64,000 nucleotides of DNA, taken from assembly GCA_030390025.1 (NCBI GenBank), contig CM059432.1, positions 23,190,001 through 23,254,000 of the forward strand, read 5' to 3'. Both the position numbers and the translations under genes were made by a program. Below, in pieces: positions 1 to 12,716 of the stretch. The notes under the pieces were generated by a model that saw only the letters and a program-made list of their open reading frames with translations, did no database searches and was not told where the DNA came from. The stretch comes from Squalus acanthias (lineage: Eukaryota). Position 1 is the first letter of the stretch. Each line of letters begins with the position of its first letter.

Positions 1-2
1 TT

Positions 3-734
3 TCCTTCTCCATCACCAGAGAGAAGCAGGACGAGTGTGCATGTGGCTTTGCCAGGATAGCGCGATTCCCCATGGTGCCGGGTGCCATTGACTGCACCCA
101 CGTGGCTTTGCGGGCATCGCATAACAATCTTGAGATCTTCCGTAACCGCAAAGGCTACCACTCACTTAATGTGCAGTCGGTGTGCGATCACAGACAGCGA
201 ATCCTCAATGTCAATGATTGCTATCCAGGCAGCAGCCACAATGCCTTCATCCTGCGCCAGACTGGTGTGCCAGCACTCTTCCAGCCACCACGTCAAGCTC
301 GCGGCTGACTGCTCGGAGACAAGGGCTATCCGCTCTGCGCCTGGCTCATGACTCCCCTCTGCAACCACAACACTCCTGCCCAGCACTCATATAATGAGAG
401 CCATGGTGCCACCAGGAACATCATCAAGCAGACCATCGGCCTGCTGAAGCAACGGTTCTGCTGCCTTGACCACTCGGGAGGAGCCCTCCAGTACTCGGCT
501 GAGCAGGTGTCCCATTTCGTGGTGGTCTGCTGCATGCTCCACAACTTGGCCATCATGAGGGCCCAGCCCTTGCCACCAGGGATTGCGGGACCGCCTCAGG
601 AGGAGGAAGCGGGAGAGGAGGAGGAGGAAAAGGACGAAGAGGAAGAGGAAGACGAGGAGAATGAGGAGGAGGAGGAACAGGAGCGAAAGGAGGAGGCATC
701 CACTCAATCGGCCTTCCGGAAGGGCAGTCCATGA
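3..734 (+). pseudogene. HARBI1-like Harbinger DDE transposase, C-terminal part, inactivated
   Basis: One frame from base 3: [77 protein letters not shown], then an acidic tail. In-frame TGA at 306-308 (usual W); the usual IE..G catalytic Glu reads Lys. Confidence 0.88.
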
Positions 735-926
735 TCACCTCATCAGACTGCGGTTCGAATGAATTAAACCCCAGATCCTCATTGCTCACCACATCCTCAT
801 CATTCCATCCCTGTTGCAGATCATATCACAACGCAAAGCTGAAATGAGACACACCATAAAAGAATCCAAACTGAATTAATGAATTTATCAAAAATCAGAA
901 CACATATTTACAACAAAAAATATTAA

Positions 927-2790
927 CTATTCACCCTTGTGCAATTCCTTAGTGCCTCTCGTTACTGTGCCTTTGCCTACTCTAGTGCTCCTCTGAAGTG
1001 TTAGCCCAGTGGATGCAGCAGGGCTGGTTGAAGGCTGCTGAGTGTCCGTGCGGGAGACTTCAGATGGCCTTTCAGGACGCCCTCAACCAGCTCTGGGCCT
1101 GGAAGGCCCGGCTGTAGACTGCATGGGCGGCAGCAGTCTGGGATGGCTGGATGACAGGCAGTGACAAGGGCAATGGCAGAGTGGCAGTGGTGGGAGCAGT
1201 AATGCTATCATCCTGAGAAAAAACAGCAGGTTCCTGCTCCACTGACCCACTGCCAAACCCCCGGGGCAGCACCTCAGCATCCCTAGCAATCTGTTGGAAC
1301 ACAGATTGCTGGCCTGTTGTGACACCGTGAAAGCCCCGGTCGACGGTGGTAGACCCAGCCACAATGGCAGCAGTCAGAGCTTGCGTGGCATCAAGCTGAG
1401 ACTGCATGAGAGCAGTCTGAGATTGGATGCCACCAAGCATAGACTGCATTACAGCACTAAGATGTTGCATCACTTCCGCCTGTGCTGCAATGGAAGCTGC
1501 CAGATCGCCCATCACACATGGCATCAGGTCTGTGTCGCCACTGTCTCTCTGGGCGTCTACCATCCTTTGCAAACTGGAAATGATAGGCTCCATGGTGTGC
1601 GCAGAACCTTGTGCAATGTTGGAGGTGGACTCCTCCACGCTCCTTATCATTGCCGAGAGGCTCTCAGGCACCCTTGCCATTGCACCTATCATCTCTGTGT
1701 GCACACCCATCACCCTCCTTCTAAACGTCTCCCCATTGAGGTCCTCATCTGAGTCCTGTGCAGCAGAACTCACGCATGAACTCACCCTCTGGGGAGTTGG
1801 CCCCCGAGCTACCCTTTCCCCCTGGCCTTGCTGCAGCCCACTCGTCCCCGGTGCCTCACCCTGTGCAGATCCCGCTATTATACTAGTCTCTAAAGAACGC
1901 ATAGTGCCAGCATCTGAGCTGATGCCTGCGGGTGAGACATGCAGTGACACGGTGTGTTCTTCCTCCTCCTCTTCTCCCATCTCACTCTGAACAGTACCCT
2001 CTGGGACAGGCTGCTCAGGTGCTTGCTGATTATCTGAAAGCATAAAGGCACAAGAGTTGGGTTAAGGTGAGGGGAGGGGGCAAGGAAGGGAGAAATGCAT
2101 GCATACAGCATGATTAGCTTGAAAGTGCAAAACGTTTGTGGGGTGAGGGGGAAGTGGGATGTGAGAAGAAGGAGTAGGGATCAACATACCGTTGTTGTCC
2201 CCAAGGGGGTCAACGTCGCTGGTGGCCATGGCGCCCACCACCTGGCACCCAATAATCTGCAGCACTCTATTCTCCAGCGCAGGCAGTGGTTGGCTGTCGG
2301 TTTATCCCCCGCCTGTGCACTCCTGATCCCTCCTGTTGTGAGCCACCTTGGCCTGCAAGAGAAAGGAAAGTTTGTGAGTGAGTGTGGAGCAATGTGTTTG
2401 GGTGATGTGCCTGCCATAGTTGAATAGCTGTCATTGTGTGCAAGGTGTGAGATGTGGTTGTGAGTGTTGGTGGGTGAGTGCTGGGGGTGTGGTGCTTTGG
2501 GCAGTGTGTGAAGATTGTGGTACAGATGATGGAATGTAGCATTTGTTGAAGCATTCACTCACCCTGACCACCCGAGTGAGGTCGTTACATTTCTTCCTGC
2601 ACAGTGTGTGGGTCCTGGGGATCACAGTGCTGCCCGAGACGTGCTGTGCTACCTCCCTCCACATGGTTTGGAAGACTTGTGGTGAGGGCCTCCTGCCACT
2701 TGCCAGGTAGAGCACCACCCTCCGTCTCTCCACAGCGAACACTTGATCGCAGAATCTGTGGGCTCTCTCCCTGGGACATGGATCTGCCAT
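927..2790 (-). pseudogene. Harbinger Myb/SANT-like (MSANTD-type) DNA-binding protein gene, three exons, disrupted
   Basis: Exon 2790..2563 (RAHRF..AVERRRVVLY..MWREVAQHVSG..RTHTLCRKKCNDLTR, donor GTGAGT); exon 2352..2190 (AKVAHNRRDQECTGGG* with internal TAA, donor GTATGT); exon from 2033 (acidic/coiled-coil ORF 1072..2043), with an apparent frameshift near 1120 and TAG at 929..927. Confidence 0.78.
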
Positions 2791-3269
2791 GAGTACAGCT
2801 GCTTCAGTCCTCCTTCTCCTTGTCCTCCTTCTGCTTGCTGAGGCAGCTGCACAGCCAGCAATGTTGAGAATGAGGTTCTATAGCATCAATGAACCTCCCC
2901 TTTAGGTACTGAAAAAAGCCTGTGGCAATCATGACTTGTGATTAGACTGCACCTGATGTTGATGCACCCTTTAAGTGTACTCTTTTGATCACCCTTTGAG
3001 TGTAACGCCAATGAACTTGGGCTTTAAGACTTGAATTAAGACTCCAATCATTTTGTTGAGCAGTGAGCATGAATTTTGTATGCAGTCTAAAGCATTAGCG
3101 CCTGGCGCTGAATCTCCAACTTTTCTAATGACACCACCCATTCCTGGGCTATAATGAATTTCTAGCCCATATTTAATATAGATGTGCTGTAGTAGTAGGA
3201 AGATCCAGTATATTTATTTGATGATGATCTGAATTTGTTGCCATGTATTTAACATTTTCTATTTGTTAG

Positions 3270-3323
3270 GGATTGCCAGGTGAAATTGGGTTTCCAGGAA
3301 AACCAGGACCACTGGGAAAACCG
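3270..3323 (+). CDS. COL22A1: Collagen exon, 54 nt, GLPGEIGFPGKPGPLGKP
   Basis: ttag|...|gtaagg; six Gly-X-Y triplets. Confidence 0.95.
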
Positions 3324-3922
3324 GTAAGGAATACTGACATTTTGCTGTTTTGCCGACACAAGGGGGATGAAATCTTGCTGTGCCATATTAGTAACAAACT
3401 CACTTACTTGCTCAAATGAAATTTCTTGATTTGCAATTTTAGCAAAGATGTTAACCCATTTATTTTAATACCATTAAAATAGAAGACATTCCAATGTCTC
3501 AAAACTGATATTGCACAGCACAATTTCAACCCCAAGTTTCTTAAGTAGAAGCAAAGACAGGTGAAACATAGAACAATGGTTTGCAAAATATTAATTCAGC
3601 AGTGGGACATCTTGCACCCAATCAGCACAGGCGTTGGTCCCATTGCTAAATTCATGGAGCCCATTTTTTAGGCTTCCCTGGTGGATGCCTAAAATCAGCC
3701 TTGGGCCTATTGAATATGTAATTTAGGGGCCTAACGCCTGTTAAAATTCATCAGCGACGAGCGGTATAGGCGACAGGCCTGCACTGCTCAGGATTCTTCA
3801 GCAACCTCTGCGGCTGCCAACAAGAGGTAAGTTATTAAAAAAATAGTTTTTTTCAAAACCCTTCTGGGGAGCCAGGAGGTGCAGGAATGCTCCTCCCGGC
3901 ACCACAGCTGTTCCGACGACTT

Positions 3923-4288
3923 AGCATAAGAACATAAGGAATAGGAGCAGGAGTGGGCCATTCAGCCCCTCGAGCCCGCTCCGCCAATCAATAAGATCAT
4001 GGCTGATCTTCCACCTCAACTCCACCTTCCCGCACTATCCCCATATCCAACAATCTATCGATCACTGTCTTGAATATACTCAACGACTGAGCATCCACAG
4101 CTCTCTGGGGTAGAGAATTCCAAAGATTCACATCCCTTTAAGTGAAGAAATTTCTCCTCATCTCAGTCCTAAATGGCCAACTCCTTATTCTGAGACTGTG
4201 ACCCCCTAGTTCTAGACTCCCCAGCCAGGAGAAACATCCTCCCAGCATCTACCCTGTCAAGCCCTATAAAAATGTTATGTTTCATTGA
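3923..4288 (-). mobile_element. CR1 LINE 3' fragment
   Basis: CATAAGAA tail repeats and reverse complement of the RT C-terminal/3'UTR also seen at 12717. Confidence 0.85.
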
Positions 4289-4613
4289 CTTGAAATAATA
4301 TTTCTGTCACTGCATTACTTAACTGATTCCAAAACAGTGGCACTGGCAAATCCATAAAATTGATTTATTTTTCCTTCTAAATAAAACTGTTACAATTTGT
4401 TTTTAAATGGAATTTTTAAAATGGTTGGCGTCCAAAGATTAATGGAGTTAGTGATGTTAACTGAAGTATAGATTCTATAATGGAGATTAATACTCAGCAT
4501 TCAAACCTGTGATCTTAAACCTGTATCTACCTTTGGAAATGTCAGAGTTTCTTTATCCAGTTTAGAAGAATTAATCACAAGCTAGTCATCTTTTCTAATT
4601 TATGTATTTTCAG

Positions 4614-4667
4614 GGCGCACCTGGGATAGATGGGAAAAATGGCTTCCCTGGACCTCCAGGAGTTAAG
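4614..4667 (+). CDS. COL22A1: Collagen exon, 54 nt, GAPGIDGKNGFPGPPGVK (GC donor)
   Basis: ttttcag|...AAG|gcaagt; six triplets. Confidence 0.92.
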
Positions 4668-4739
4668 GCAAGTATTTTTTTCTCTCTTCTGGAAACTAAG
4701 ATTGAACAAGTAGATATCTTTATAGAAAATAGACACCTT

Positions 4740-5724
4740 GGGGGAAATTTTAACCTAAAAAAAAAGGTGAGTTGGGGCATGTGGGATGTTAACGTGTTAA
4801 AAATCTGAATCCTGACCAGAACCCACCTCCAACCTGCCCAATTCCGGTTTTAACGGATGCGGGACGGGGGCGGGCAGCCAATCCGCTGCCAGGAGGTGGG
4901 TCGTCTATTAAAATATTATAATGAGGCTGGAAGACTCTGCTTTAACCTCCATTTTGAATTTAACTTTAGCTGGTCGGGTTTTGCAGACCTCGTGAAACCC
5001 GCCAGCTGAAGCAAGGTGAGGACTGCTGGATCGAGGAGGTAAGTGCCTTTACACTTCCCTCCTGAATCCAGCGTCCCTGCCTAACCCCCTGCGATCGAAA
5101 ACCCCGCAACGAGACCTCCGATTCCCCCCAGGCCTCCGATCCTGCCCCCCGCCATAAGACCTCCGATTTCCCCCAGGCCTCCGATCCCCCCACCCCCCAC
5201 CTCCCGCCCGCGCGGCCTCCAATTCCCCCCGCCTGGCCTCCGATCGCCCCAACGAGGCCTCCAATCCCACCCACGAGGCCTCCCCCACCTGCTCCTCCAA
5301 CCCCCCCCCCCCGCCCCTGCTCCTCCAGCCCCCGATCCTCACCTAACTCCCCTGCTCCTCTAGCTGCCCGATCCTCACCCAACCCACCCCCCTCCCCACC
5401 GCCGCTCCTCCGGCCCCTGACCCGACCGCCCCACATCCTGCACCTCCGGTCCCCAGTCATCTCCCCCCCCCCACCCCTTTGCTGGTCCCGGCCCACCCCT
5501 GCTCCTCCGGCCGCCCCCTGGCCCACACGCGATCCCTCCCTCCCTTCTCTGTGTGTCACAGGCCTACCTGCCCGGAGTCAGCCAGCCTCTCAATCTGGCT
5601 GACTGCGGGTGGGAAACAGAGGTTTCCCTCGCAAGTCAGGCCCTGCCCTTAAATTCTCCCGGGTTTCCCAACCGCCTCGAAGACCCCCGCCCCCAACCCA
5701 CCTTCCCCATTAAAATTCAGCCCC
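4740..5724. mobile_element. Non-autonomous DNA element (Harbinger-type MITE) with C-rich interior
   Basis: Imperfect inverted ends GGGGGAAATTTTAA / TTAAAATTCAGCCCC; C-rich CTCCGAT repeats at 5100-5550. Confidence 0.55.
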
Positions 5725-6486
5725 TAATGGCTGACGTTGCATTGTCCAGTATTCGAGAGCAATTTGTTAACGTATTGGCATGAAAGTCCCTTTTCCATTA
5801 TTTAAATGAAGATGTTAGTCTGTTTAAATATTTTTGTTATAGTATCGAACAAGGTGCTTTCAATCCTTTGGTCTCCTTCATCGAGTTGTTGTGTCGGTCA
5901 TATATCGGGGTCCTTAAGCACTCCAACACATACATTGTTTAAAAATAAACTTCCTTACATAAACTTGAAAACAAACTCTCCCATTTATGCCTTTTCTGAT
6001 CAAAAACACTAAATACCAGTAGTGTTTCTCTTTAATAAGATTTTTCTTGCCAGTTATCTCCCATTCCACAGCCTCTCCTCCCTAAGGATTCAACCAGTTC
6101 TCTGACACCTCATTCAAATGACTATTAACTTCTGGGTATATCTTGACAGTGAATATTAACAGGCTATTTAACCATAGGTATAGAGGCATTTCTGTCTAAT
6201 GCTGCTATCGTTTTGGGCATTAGCCCAATGCTAAAAGTGAAATACAAAATAGAAAAATTGGCATTGGCACCCTTAGTGAGAAATGTGTGGTATTGCATTG
6301 TGAATGTGCTAGGTGGGGTCTAAGAGCAATCTATACAATCCCCTCTGTTGAAGACTGATTAATAATCATAGGTAGGTGCATTTGAGTGTGCATGTGCAGA
6401 ATTCGGCCTTCCCAACTTAACAGCAGTGCAAACTGGGAGTGAATGTGTAGCTGTCATTGCATTGCTCCCAAAAAAGAAAGTACAAT

Positions 6487-7195
6487 GGGCCGGATATTCC
6501 GATCCCTACGGGTGTGTATGAGCTGTGTACGCACCCGTAAGGACATCAGAAATGCTGGTTTCAGGCATGCACAGCGCATGCGCTGAAAACCAGGCATTTC
6601 CAATCTGTCAAGAATGCTCTTGACAGATCAGACGCCTGCCCTGGAGAAGGGCCTCCGCGGGCAGAGAGTTCCGATTTCTGGAGACCCTCCGCCCGCAGAA
6701 AACCCTAAGAATTCTTACGCCTGGTGAAAGCAGGCCTACCAGGATAAGAGTTGAAAAAAGTTTTTTTTAAAATTTAAGTTTATTTTTAGCCCCATAAAAA
6801 ACTTTAAATATTTTTTTCAAAAAAATAAATTTTTGTTTAAAATATTTAATTTATTGTAATTTCAACTAATTTTAAAAAGGTGATTTTTAAAAAAAAATGT
6901 ATTTAATGTTTTACTGTGTTTTTGGGGTGATCTCCATTCATATATTTGACAGGTCTATCTGTCAAGTGTATGAAGGGAGATTCCCTTCTTCTATTGGCTC
7001 CCCATGGCCCACGTGATCCCAGGGACCCTTGCGAACTGCCTGTGCCTCTGGGATACGTGGGCCCTGCGCACTTGGAGTTTGGAGAGGCCCAGCACTGGAA
7101 GTGTGCGCGTCCCGGCAGCCCTCAGGTAAGGGCGCAGATTTTTCCAGATCGGAGGCCTCCGCACGCAGGAGGCCTCCGATCGGAAAATACGGCCC
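6487..7195 (+). mobile_element. MITE family A, copy 1
   Basis: TIRs GGGCCGGATATTCCGA / TCGGAAAATACGGCCC, subterminal hairpins, AT-rich core; reverse copy at 13344. Confidence 0.8.
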
Positions 7196-8170
7196 ATTAA
7201 ATCCTACTCTGCTTACCCTTTCTCTGCTGGCTAGCTCACTAACTTGTCCAGCCAGCTTTCTAGATGCTGATATGTTGACTTCATTAAGTTCCACAGATTC
7301 TTCTAGTCAATCACATGTTTTGTACACCTTGAGGAACCTTCCAAATTGTTAAACAGTATTGATTCTTGCTGAGCAACACAATCTCTTCTTTCTCTTCTCA
7401 CAATAATACACTATACTGTTGAATCTCAAATCTAGTTATTGTGTGTTTCCTACGTTACGACAATGACTACATTTCAAAAGTGCTTCATTGGTTGTAAAGC
7501 ACTTTGGGACATCCTGAGGACACGAAAGGCGCTATATAAATGCAAGTCTTTCTTTCATTCTTTCAACTACCTTGTCCTCATCCTCACTGACCTATACTAG
7601 GTTGCTGTCGCCCAATGCATTAAATTAAAAATTCTCATCATTCTCTTATAATCCCGACACATCCTCACACCTCCTCCAGCTTATATCACCTTCGGCAGTC
7701 TTTGATTCGAGCCTTTTGTGTATTTTCTCCCCATCCCTTCACCCCACATTGGTGGCAGAGCATTCAGCCGCCTTAGACCCACTCGCTGGAAATTCTTCCA
7801 TGTATCCCTCCAACTTTCCTCTTCACTTTTATAAACCTCCTCAAAACTCACCTTTTCAACCCAAACTTTCATTCACGCTTCCTAATCTCTCCCGCCTATC
7901 TATCTTCATTCTGAAGTATCTTGGGAAGTTTTTATTTTACTTTAAACACACTACATAGTAATTTCCATGGATGTCCCACCATAACTTTGGCAGAAGATCA
8001 GCAGAAACCCTGGAGAAAAGATGTCAACAGCAGAAATTCTACCCCCGTTGATTTGAAAGGTTGCTTGCCAGCTTTTAATTGATCATAACATCCAGTGCAT
8101 AAGCCAGATTTTTACAACCATCGAATACGGGGCTGTGATTTGTATACTAATGCAAACAACATTTTTTTTG

Positions 8171-8374
8171 ATGCGGAGATGCCAGTGTTGGACTGGGGTG
8201 GACAAAAGTGAGAAGTCGCACAACACCAGGTTATAGTCCAACACTTTTATTTGAAATCACAAGCTTTCGGAGCTGCTGCTCCTTCGTCAGGTGAAGTGAC
8301 GAAGGAGCAGCGCTCCGAAAGCTTGTGATTTCAAATAAAACTGTTGGACTATAATCTGGTGCTGTGCGACTTCT
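8171..8374. mobile_element. Short Penelope-like palindromic insertion with 13-bp target duplication
   Basis: AACATTTTTTTTG at 8158-8170 and 8375-8387; ~80-bp inverted arms 8211-8374; CTGACGA...GAAA motif on the minus strand. Confidence 0.75.
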
Positions 8375-8546
8375 AACATTTTTTTTGGAATAGTCATGAT
8401 ATTTTATACCAGCACAGGCTGTACACCAGATATTACAGTAAAATAATATTGACTGCTTGAAGCGCAATGGATTGGAACAGTCATTTTCAATGATCCCTGC
8501 AGAATATATCCCAGATTCACTCTGCTTTCACCTTTGACTAACACAG

Positions 8547-8600
8547 GGAGAAGCTGGAGAACAAGCACAGGATGGTTTCCCTGGAAAACCTGGTGAAATG
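8547..8600 (+). CDS. COL22A1: Collagen exon, 54 nt, GEAGEQAQDGFPGKPGEM
   Basis: acag|...|gtaggg; Ala at one Gly position. Confidence 0.92.
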
Positions 8601-8728
8601 GTAGGGGGAAAGATACGGATTTATTTATTCCTGCTTAATATTTATTTTGAATGCATGAAACAGTTCCTTTTCACTGTGGCGGGGAAGTTGCTGGTGTGTG
8701 TTTTACCCTTCTATTCCTTGTTGAACAG

Positions 8729-8773
8729 GGAGAAACCGGGTTACCAGGTATCGCAGGACCCAGTGGACAAAAG
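8729..8773 (+). CDS. COL22A1: Collagen exon, 45 nt, GETGLPGIAGPSGQK
   Basis: acag|...|gtaagg. Confidence 0.95.
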
Positions 8774-10032
8774 GTAAGGAAAGGCTTTCAGCTACATTCA
8801 CAGTTCTGAATGGATTTGTTCACACTTCTTTAACTAGTGAGCATGTAATGGCTTCCTCAGCTCTGACTCCCAAATTTTCCATCAGTGGCAGGATGTCTTA
8901 CTACAGTTATACAGGACCTTGGTATTGAGATAGAGGATCAGCCATGATCATATTGATTGGAGGAGCAGGCTCGAAGGGCCAAATGGCCTTGTCCTGCTCC
9001 TATTTTTCTATGTTTCTATGTTCAAAAGCCCCATAGTGGCTCCCCCGTGTCCCAGTGCAGCTGTAGAGTGATCCTGACCACATAGGTCCCAGGTTCAATC
9101 TCTGGTCAGTACTGAGCTAGCTGATGTGATCAATTGGGATATGGGGAGAAGGCCGGTACAGGGTACTGAGTTTGGATGATCAGCCATGATCTCATCGAAT
9201 GGCGGAGCAGGCTCGAGGGGCCGAATGGCCTACTCCTGCTCCTATCTTCTATGTTTCTATGTTTTAATTGCTGGGTAGGTGTCTGTCAGAGATTAGGCAG
9301 CTCCACACTGGAAGTGTAGGGAATTCCCTTGGCTGCTCCTGTTTGTATCTTGTTGGCTGTCTTAGAGCAGTACACGGAGGCTCACCCACCTGACAGAGAG
9401 AACAAAAGCTGATAAATACTTTGATAAAGAAAATCGTCACCTTTCAGACGCTGGCTGAAGGCATGCAGATCAGATGAACCAATGTGATTTGCATCAGGGG
9501 GAATTTCAATGTAACATTCTTACCTTTCAATCAAAACCAGAATCTTTCCATATTTAAATTTATTTTGTTCAGGAGTTGTTTTTTTTTGTTTCTCCCTCCC
9601 CTATACCATGGTAGGAACCATTTCCCTGACTGACAGGCCAGAGAGCATGCTCCAAAGTCAGCAGTCAATCAGCTGCTTCTGATCAGTGGCTGTGGGCAAG
9701 TGTCAAGCAAAGATCAAGCACCTTCACCAGGAACTTTGGCTTTCATGTCCTGGGGGAACAATTCCTCTGTTCACTAATTCCAATAAAATCTGAGCAACGT
9801 GTAAAAAAAATGTATATGATTTTAACCGAGAGAACCTCCCCAAACCTCCTCCTCCCCGTCCCCCATCCCACCACCCCCCAACCCTCCACCCACATGGTAG
9901 CCTCTGCATTAGCTTGGCTGTGATTGGGCAAATTATTATTTGTGTACAAGAATTCACTTCTTGCTGTGTTATAGCCCAATATGTTGCTACATATCCCCTC
10001 TATACTTGGTAATTTAACTGGTTAAACATCAG

Positions 10033-10336
10033 TACTATTTTTTTACTAATACTAATTTCTTTCAGTTCCTCATTCTCGCTAGAGCCTTGGTTCTCCACTA
10101 ATTCCAGGAAGTTTGTTGTGTTTTCTTCCGTGAAGACAGCCACGAAGTATTTGTTTAATTTCTCTGCCATTGCCTTATTCCCCATTATAATTTCTCCTGT
10201 CTCAGCCTGTAAGGGACCCACATTTACTTTTGCTAATCTTTTCCTTTTTACATACCTATAGAAGCTTTTACAGTCTGTTTTTATGTCATTTGCTAGTTTA
10301 CTCTCATATTCTATTTTCCCTTTCTTTATCAATTTT
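10033..10336 (-). mobile_element. CR1 LINE ORF2 internal fragment
   Basis: KIEYESKLANDIKTDCKSFYRYVKRKR..VGPL..MAEKLNKYF..VFT, typical of the CR1 endonuclease-RT linker. Confidence 0.85.
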
Positions 10337-10703
10337 TATTAAATATAAGGGCACATTGTAGCTCTGCCTTATATTTACACGAGTCCAGTCGTCCTTGGTA
10401 ATAAAAAGGTATAGTTAAAAGCTTGGCAAATGTTAAATAGTATGACTGCAAGCACATGCAGTGCAGAGGTGAAGTTCTCTACCACTTTCTGTTGGTAAAA
10501 AAGAACTGGTAGCCAAAGCGGCTTCCAATTTTGAAACTGAGAAGCTCAAATAATGAAGAATGACTAATGAAAGGCACCATTCAATTGTTTCACTTTAATG
10601 TAGTGCGGTTTACTTTCATTTCCTGTTTGACAAATTTGATATCTGTTTAAGCCATGCACGTTGTGAATTTTTACATGCATACTATTTATCTGACTCTTTT
10701 CAG

Positions 10704-10766
10704 GGAGAATCTGGTCTTCCAGGATCACATGGACTACCGGGCTCAAGGGGATTAAAAGGGGAGAAG
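10704..10766 (+). CDS. COL22A1: Collagen exon, 63 nt, GESGLPGSHGLPGSRGLKGEK
   Basis: ttttcag|...|gtcagt. Confidence 0.94.
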
Positions 10767-11351
10767 GTCAGTGGCTTTGTTTCATTCTTTTATAGACTGG
10801 ATGGCACATTATATTAAGTTAAAGATCTATGGCATAGGCTTAAATCCAACCAGAGTTAATTATTGGGAAAACCAAAGCTGTTGTCTTCAGCCCCCTCTGC
10901 CACAAACTCCATAACCTCGCCACCAACTGCAATCCCTTCACGGCCACTGTCCCAGGTTGAGCCAGACCTCTCGCAACCTCAGCATCCTATTCAACCCCGA
11001 GCTAACCCAGATCCTGTCCATCGCAAAGACTGCCTACTTCCACCTCCATAACATCATTTACCCGACCTCAACTTCTCTGCCGCTGAACCCTCGTTTATGC
11101 CTCTGTCCCCTCCAGTTTCAAATAATCTAATGCTTTCCTGGCTGGCTTCCCATCCTCCACTATGCGTAAACTCTTCTAGGAAGGCCTCTTACACATGTGA
11201 ATGAGGGGCCTATCACCTGCTTTAGGATCCCTGTCCTAAACTGGATAGCCCTAAGCAGAGCAGGCACCGGGCCTGCTCCACTCAGCTCAGGATTCTTCAG
11301 CGGCCGCCTACAAAACGTAAGTCCAATTCTTTTTTTTTAACTTTAATGCGG

Positions 11352-11882
11352 AGGCACAAGTCAGGAGTGTGATGGAATACTCTCCACTTGCCTGGATGAG
11401 CGTAACCCCAACAACACTCAAGAAGCTTGACACCATCCTGGACAAAGCAGCCCGCTTGATTGGCACCCCATCCACCACCTTAAACATTCACTCCCTCCAC
11501 CACCGGTGCACCATGTCTGCAGTGTATACCATCTACAAGATACACTGCAGCAACTCGCCAAAGCTTCTTCGGCAGCACCTCCTAAACCCGCGAACTCTAC
11601 TACCTAGAAGGACAAGGGCAGCAGGTGCATGGGAACACCATCACCTGCAAGTTCCCCTCCAAGTTACATCCCATCCTGACTTGGAAATATATTGCCGTTC
11701 CTTCATCGTCGCTGAGTCAAAATCCTGGAACTCCCTCCCTAACAGCACTGTGGGAGTACCTTCACCACATGAACTACAGTGGTTCAAGAAGGCGGCTCAC
11801 CACCACCTTCTCAAGGGCAACTAGAGCTGGGCAATAAATGCAGGCCTTGCCAGCGACGCCCACATCCCAGAACGAAAAAAAA
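11352..11882 (+). mobile_element. CR1/L2-group LINE 3' end, nested in an older DNA element
   Basis: ORF MEYSPLAWMS..LDTILDKAARLI..SLHHRCT..KSWNSLP..FKKAAHHHLLKGN*, AATAAA and A-rich tail. Confidence 0.85.
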
Positions 11883-12446
11883 AGCCAGGAGGAACAGGAT
11901 AGCTTCTCCCGGCTCCACAGCGCTCCTGAGATTCGCTGTCAGCCCCAATTACCCTGACCACCCACCCCCCCCATCCTGGTATCCTGTTGTCCTTTTCCCC
12001 AGGACTTAAATGATGGCCACTGCCAGACAGGCTAGCGGGGCGAAATTGATCCACTTGAAATGGAAGAGCTGCCTCTGGAGACGCAATAGATCCTGGTAGG
12101 CCTCCCAAAGTATTGAAAGGAGACCCAAGGCCCAAGACCCAATTTAGAGCAAGCCTCGGACCTACTTTTTTGGGCACGGGCTATCTGCACGCCATTGGTT
12201 ACATGCCCCGAAAATAGACGCATAACCAGTTTCTACCCCAGTGTGCGTGGACTAAAACTTTGGAAAACAGCTGTGCAGATTGGTTTGAAAACTCTGTTCT
12301 GCATGCATCTTCTATTTTTTATGAGAGTAGGCGATGGAGAGTCAGACGGAATGATACCTTGATGCTGCAGGTATAGTCACAGTTTGGAACGTGGTTATGT
12401 TTTTTGAAAGTTTAGACCGTTTATGCACCACGTTGTGTTTTCACAG

Positions 12447-12500
12447 GGAGAACTAGGGCAACAAGGCCCTATTGGTCCAAAATCAGAAAAGGGTGAAAAG
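12447..12500 (+). CDS. COL22A1: Collagen exon, 54 nt, GELGQQGPIGPKSEKGEK
   Basis: cacag|...|gtagga; Ser at one Gly position. Confidence 0.92.
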
Positions 12501-12592
12501 GTAGGAAACATTTCATTAAACTGAGAATTGAAATGCAATGGAGCATTGAGCCTTCCCCTATTTACAATCGGTTTCTTTATCTCGTGTCTTAG

Positions 12593-12634
12593 GGATCAGT
12601 TGGACTTCCCGGTTCTCCAGGCTTACCAGGGACG
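12593..12634 (+). CDS. COL22A1: Collagen exon, 42 nt, GSVGLPGSPGLPGT
   Basis: cttag|...|gtgagt; ends a helical segment. Confidence 0.94.
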
Positions 12635-12716
12635 GTGAGTAAGAGCAAATGGCAAAATAAGCTTCCCTATTTGTAGGAATCAGTGTTCCGATAATATTGA
12701 CCTATACACTTCATCA

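Larger units (their letters stand above)
1..3168 (+). mobile_element. Decayed autonomous-type PIF/Harbinger DNA transposon (right part; left end outside window)
   Basis: Convergent HARBI1-like transposase (+) and Myb/SANT-like gene (-), the standard two-gene Harbinger layout; probable terminus ...GAATTTCTAGCCC at 3156-3168 resembles the ends of several MITEs in the window. Confidence 0.8.

Noticed and set aside
4966..5559. 197-aa Gly-rich ORF on the minus strand
   Set aside because: Product of the C-rich low-complexity interior of a MITE; no Gly-X-Y period or domain.
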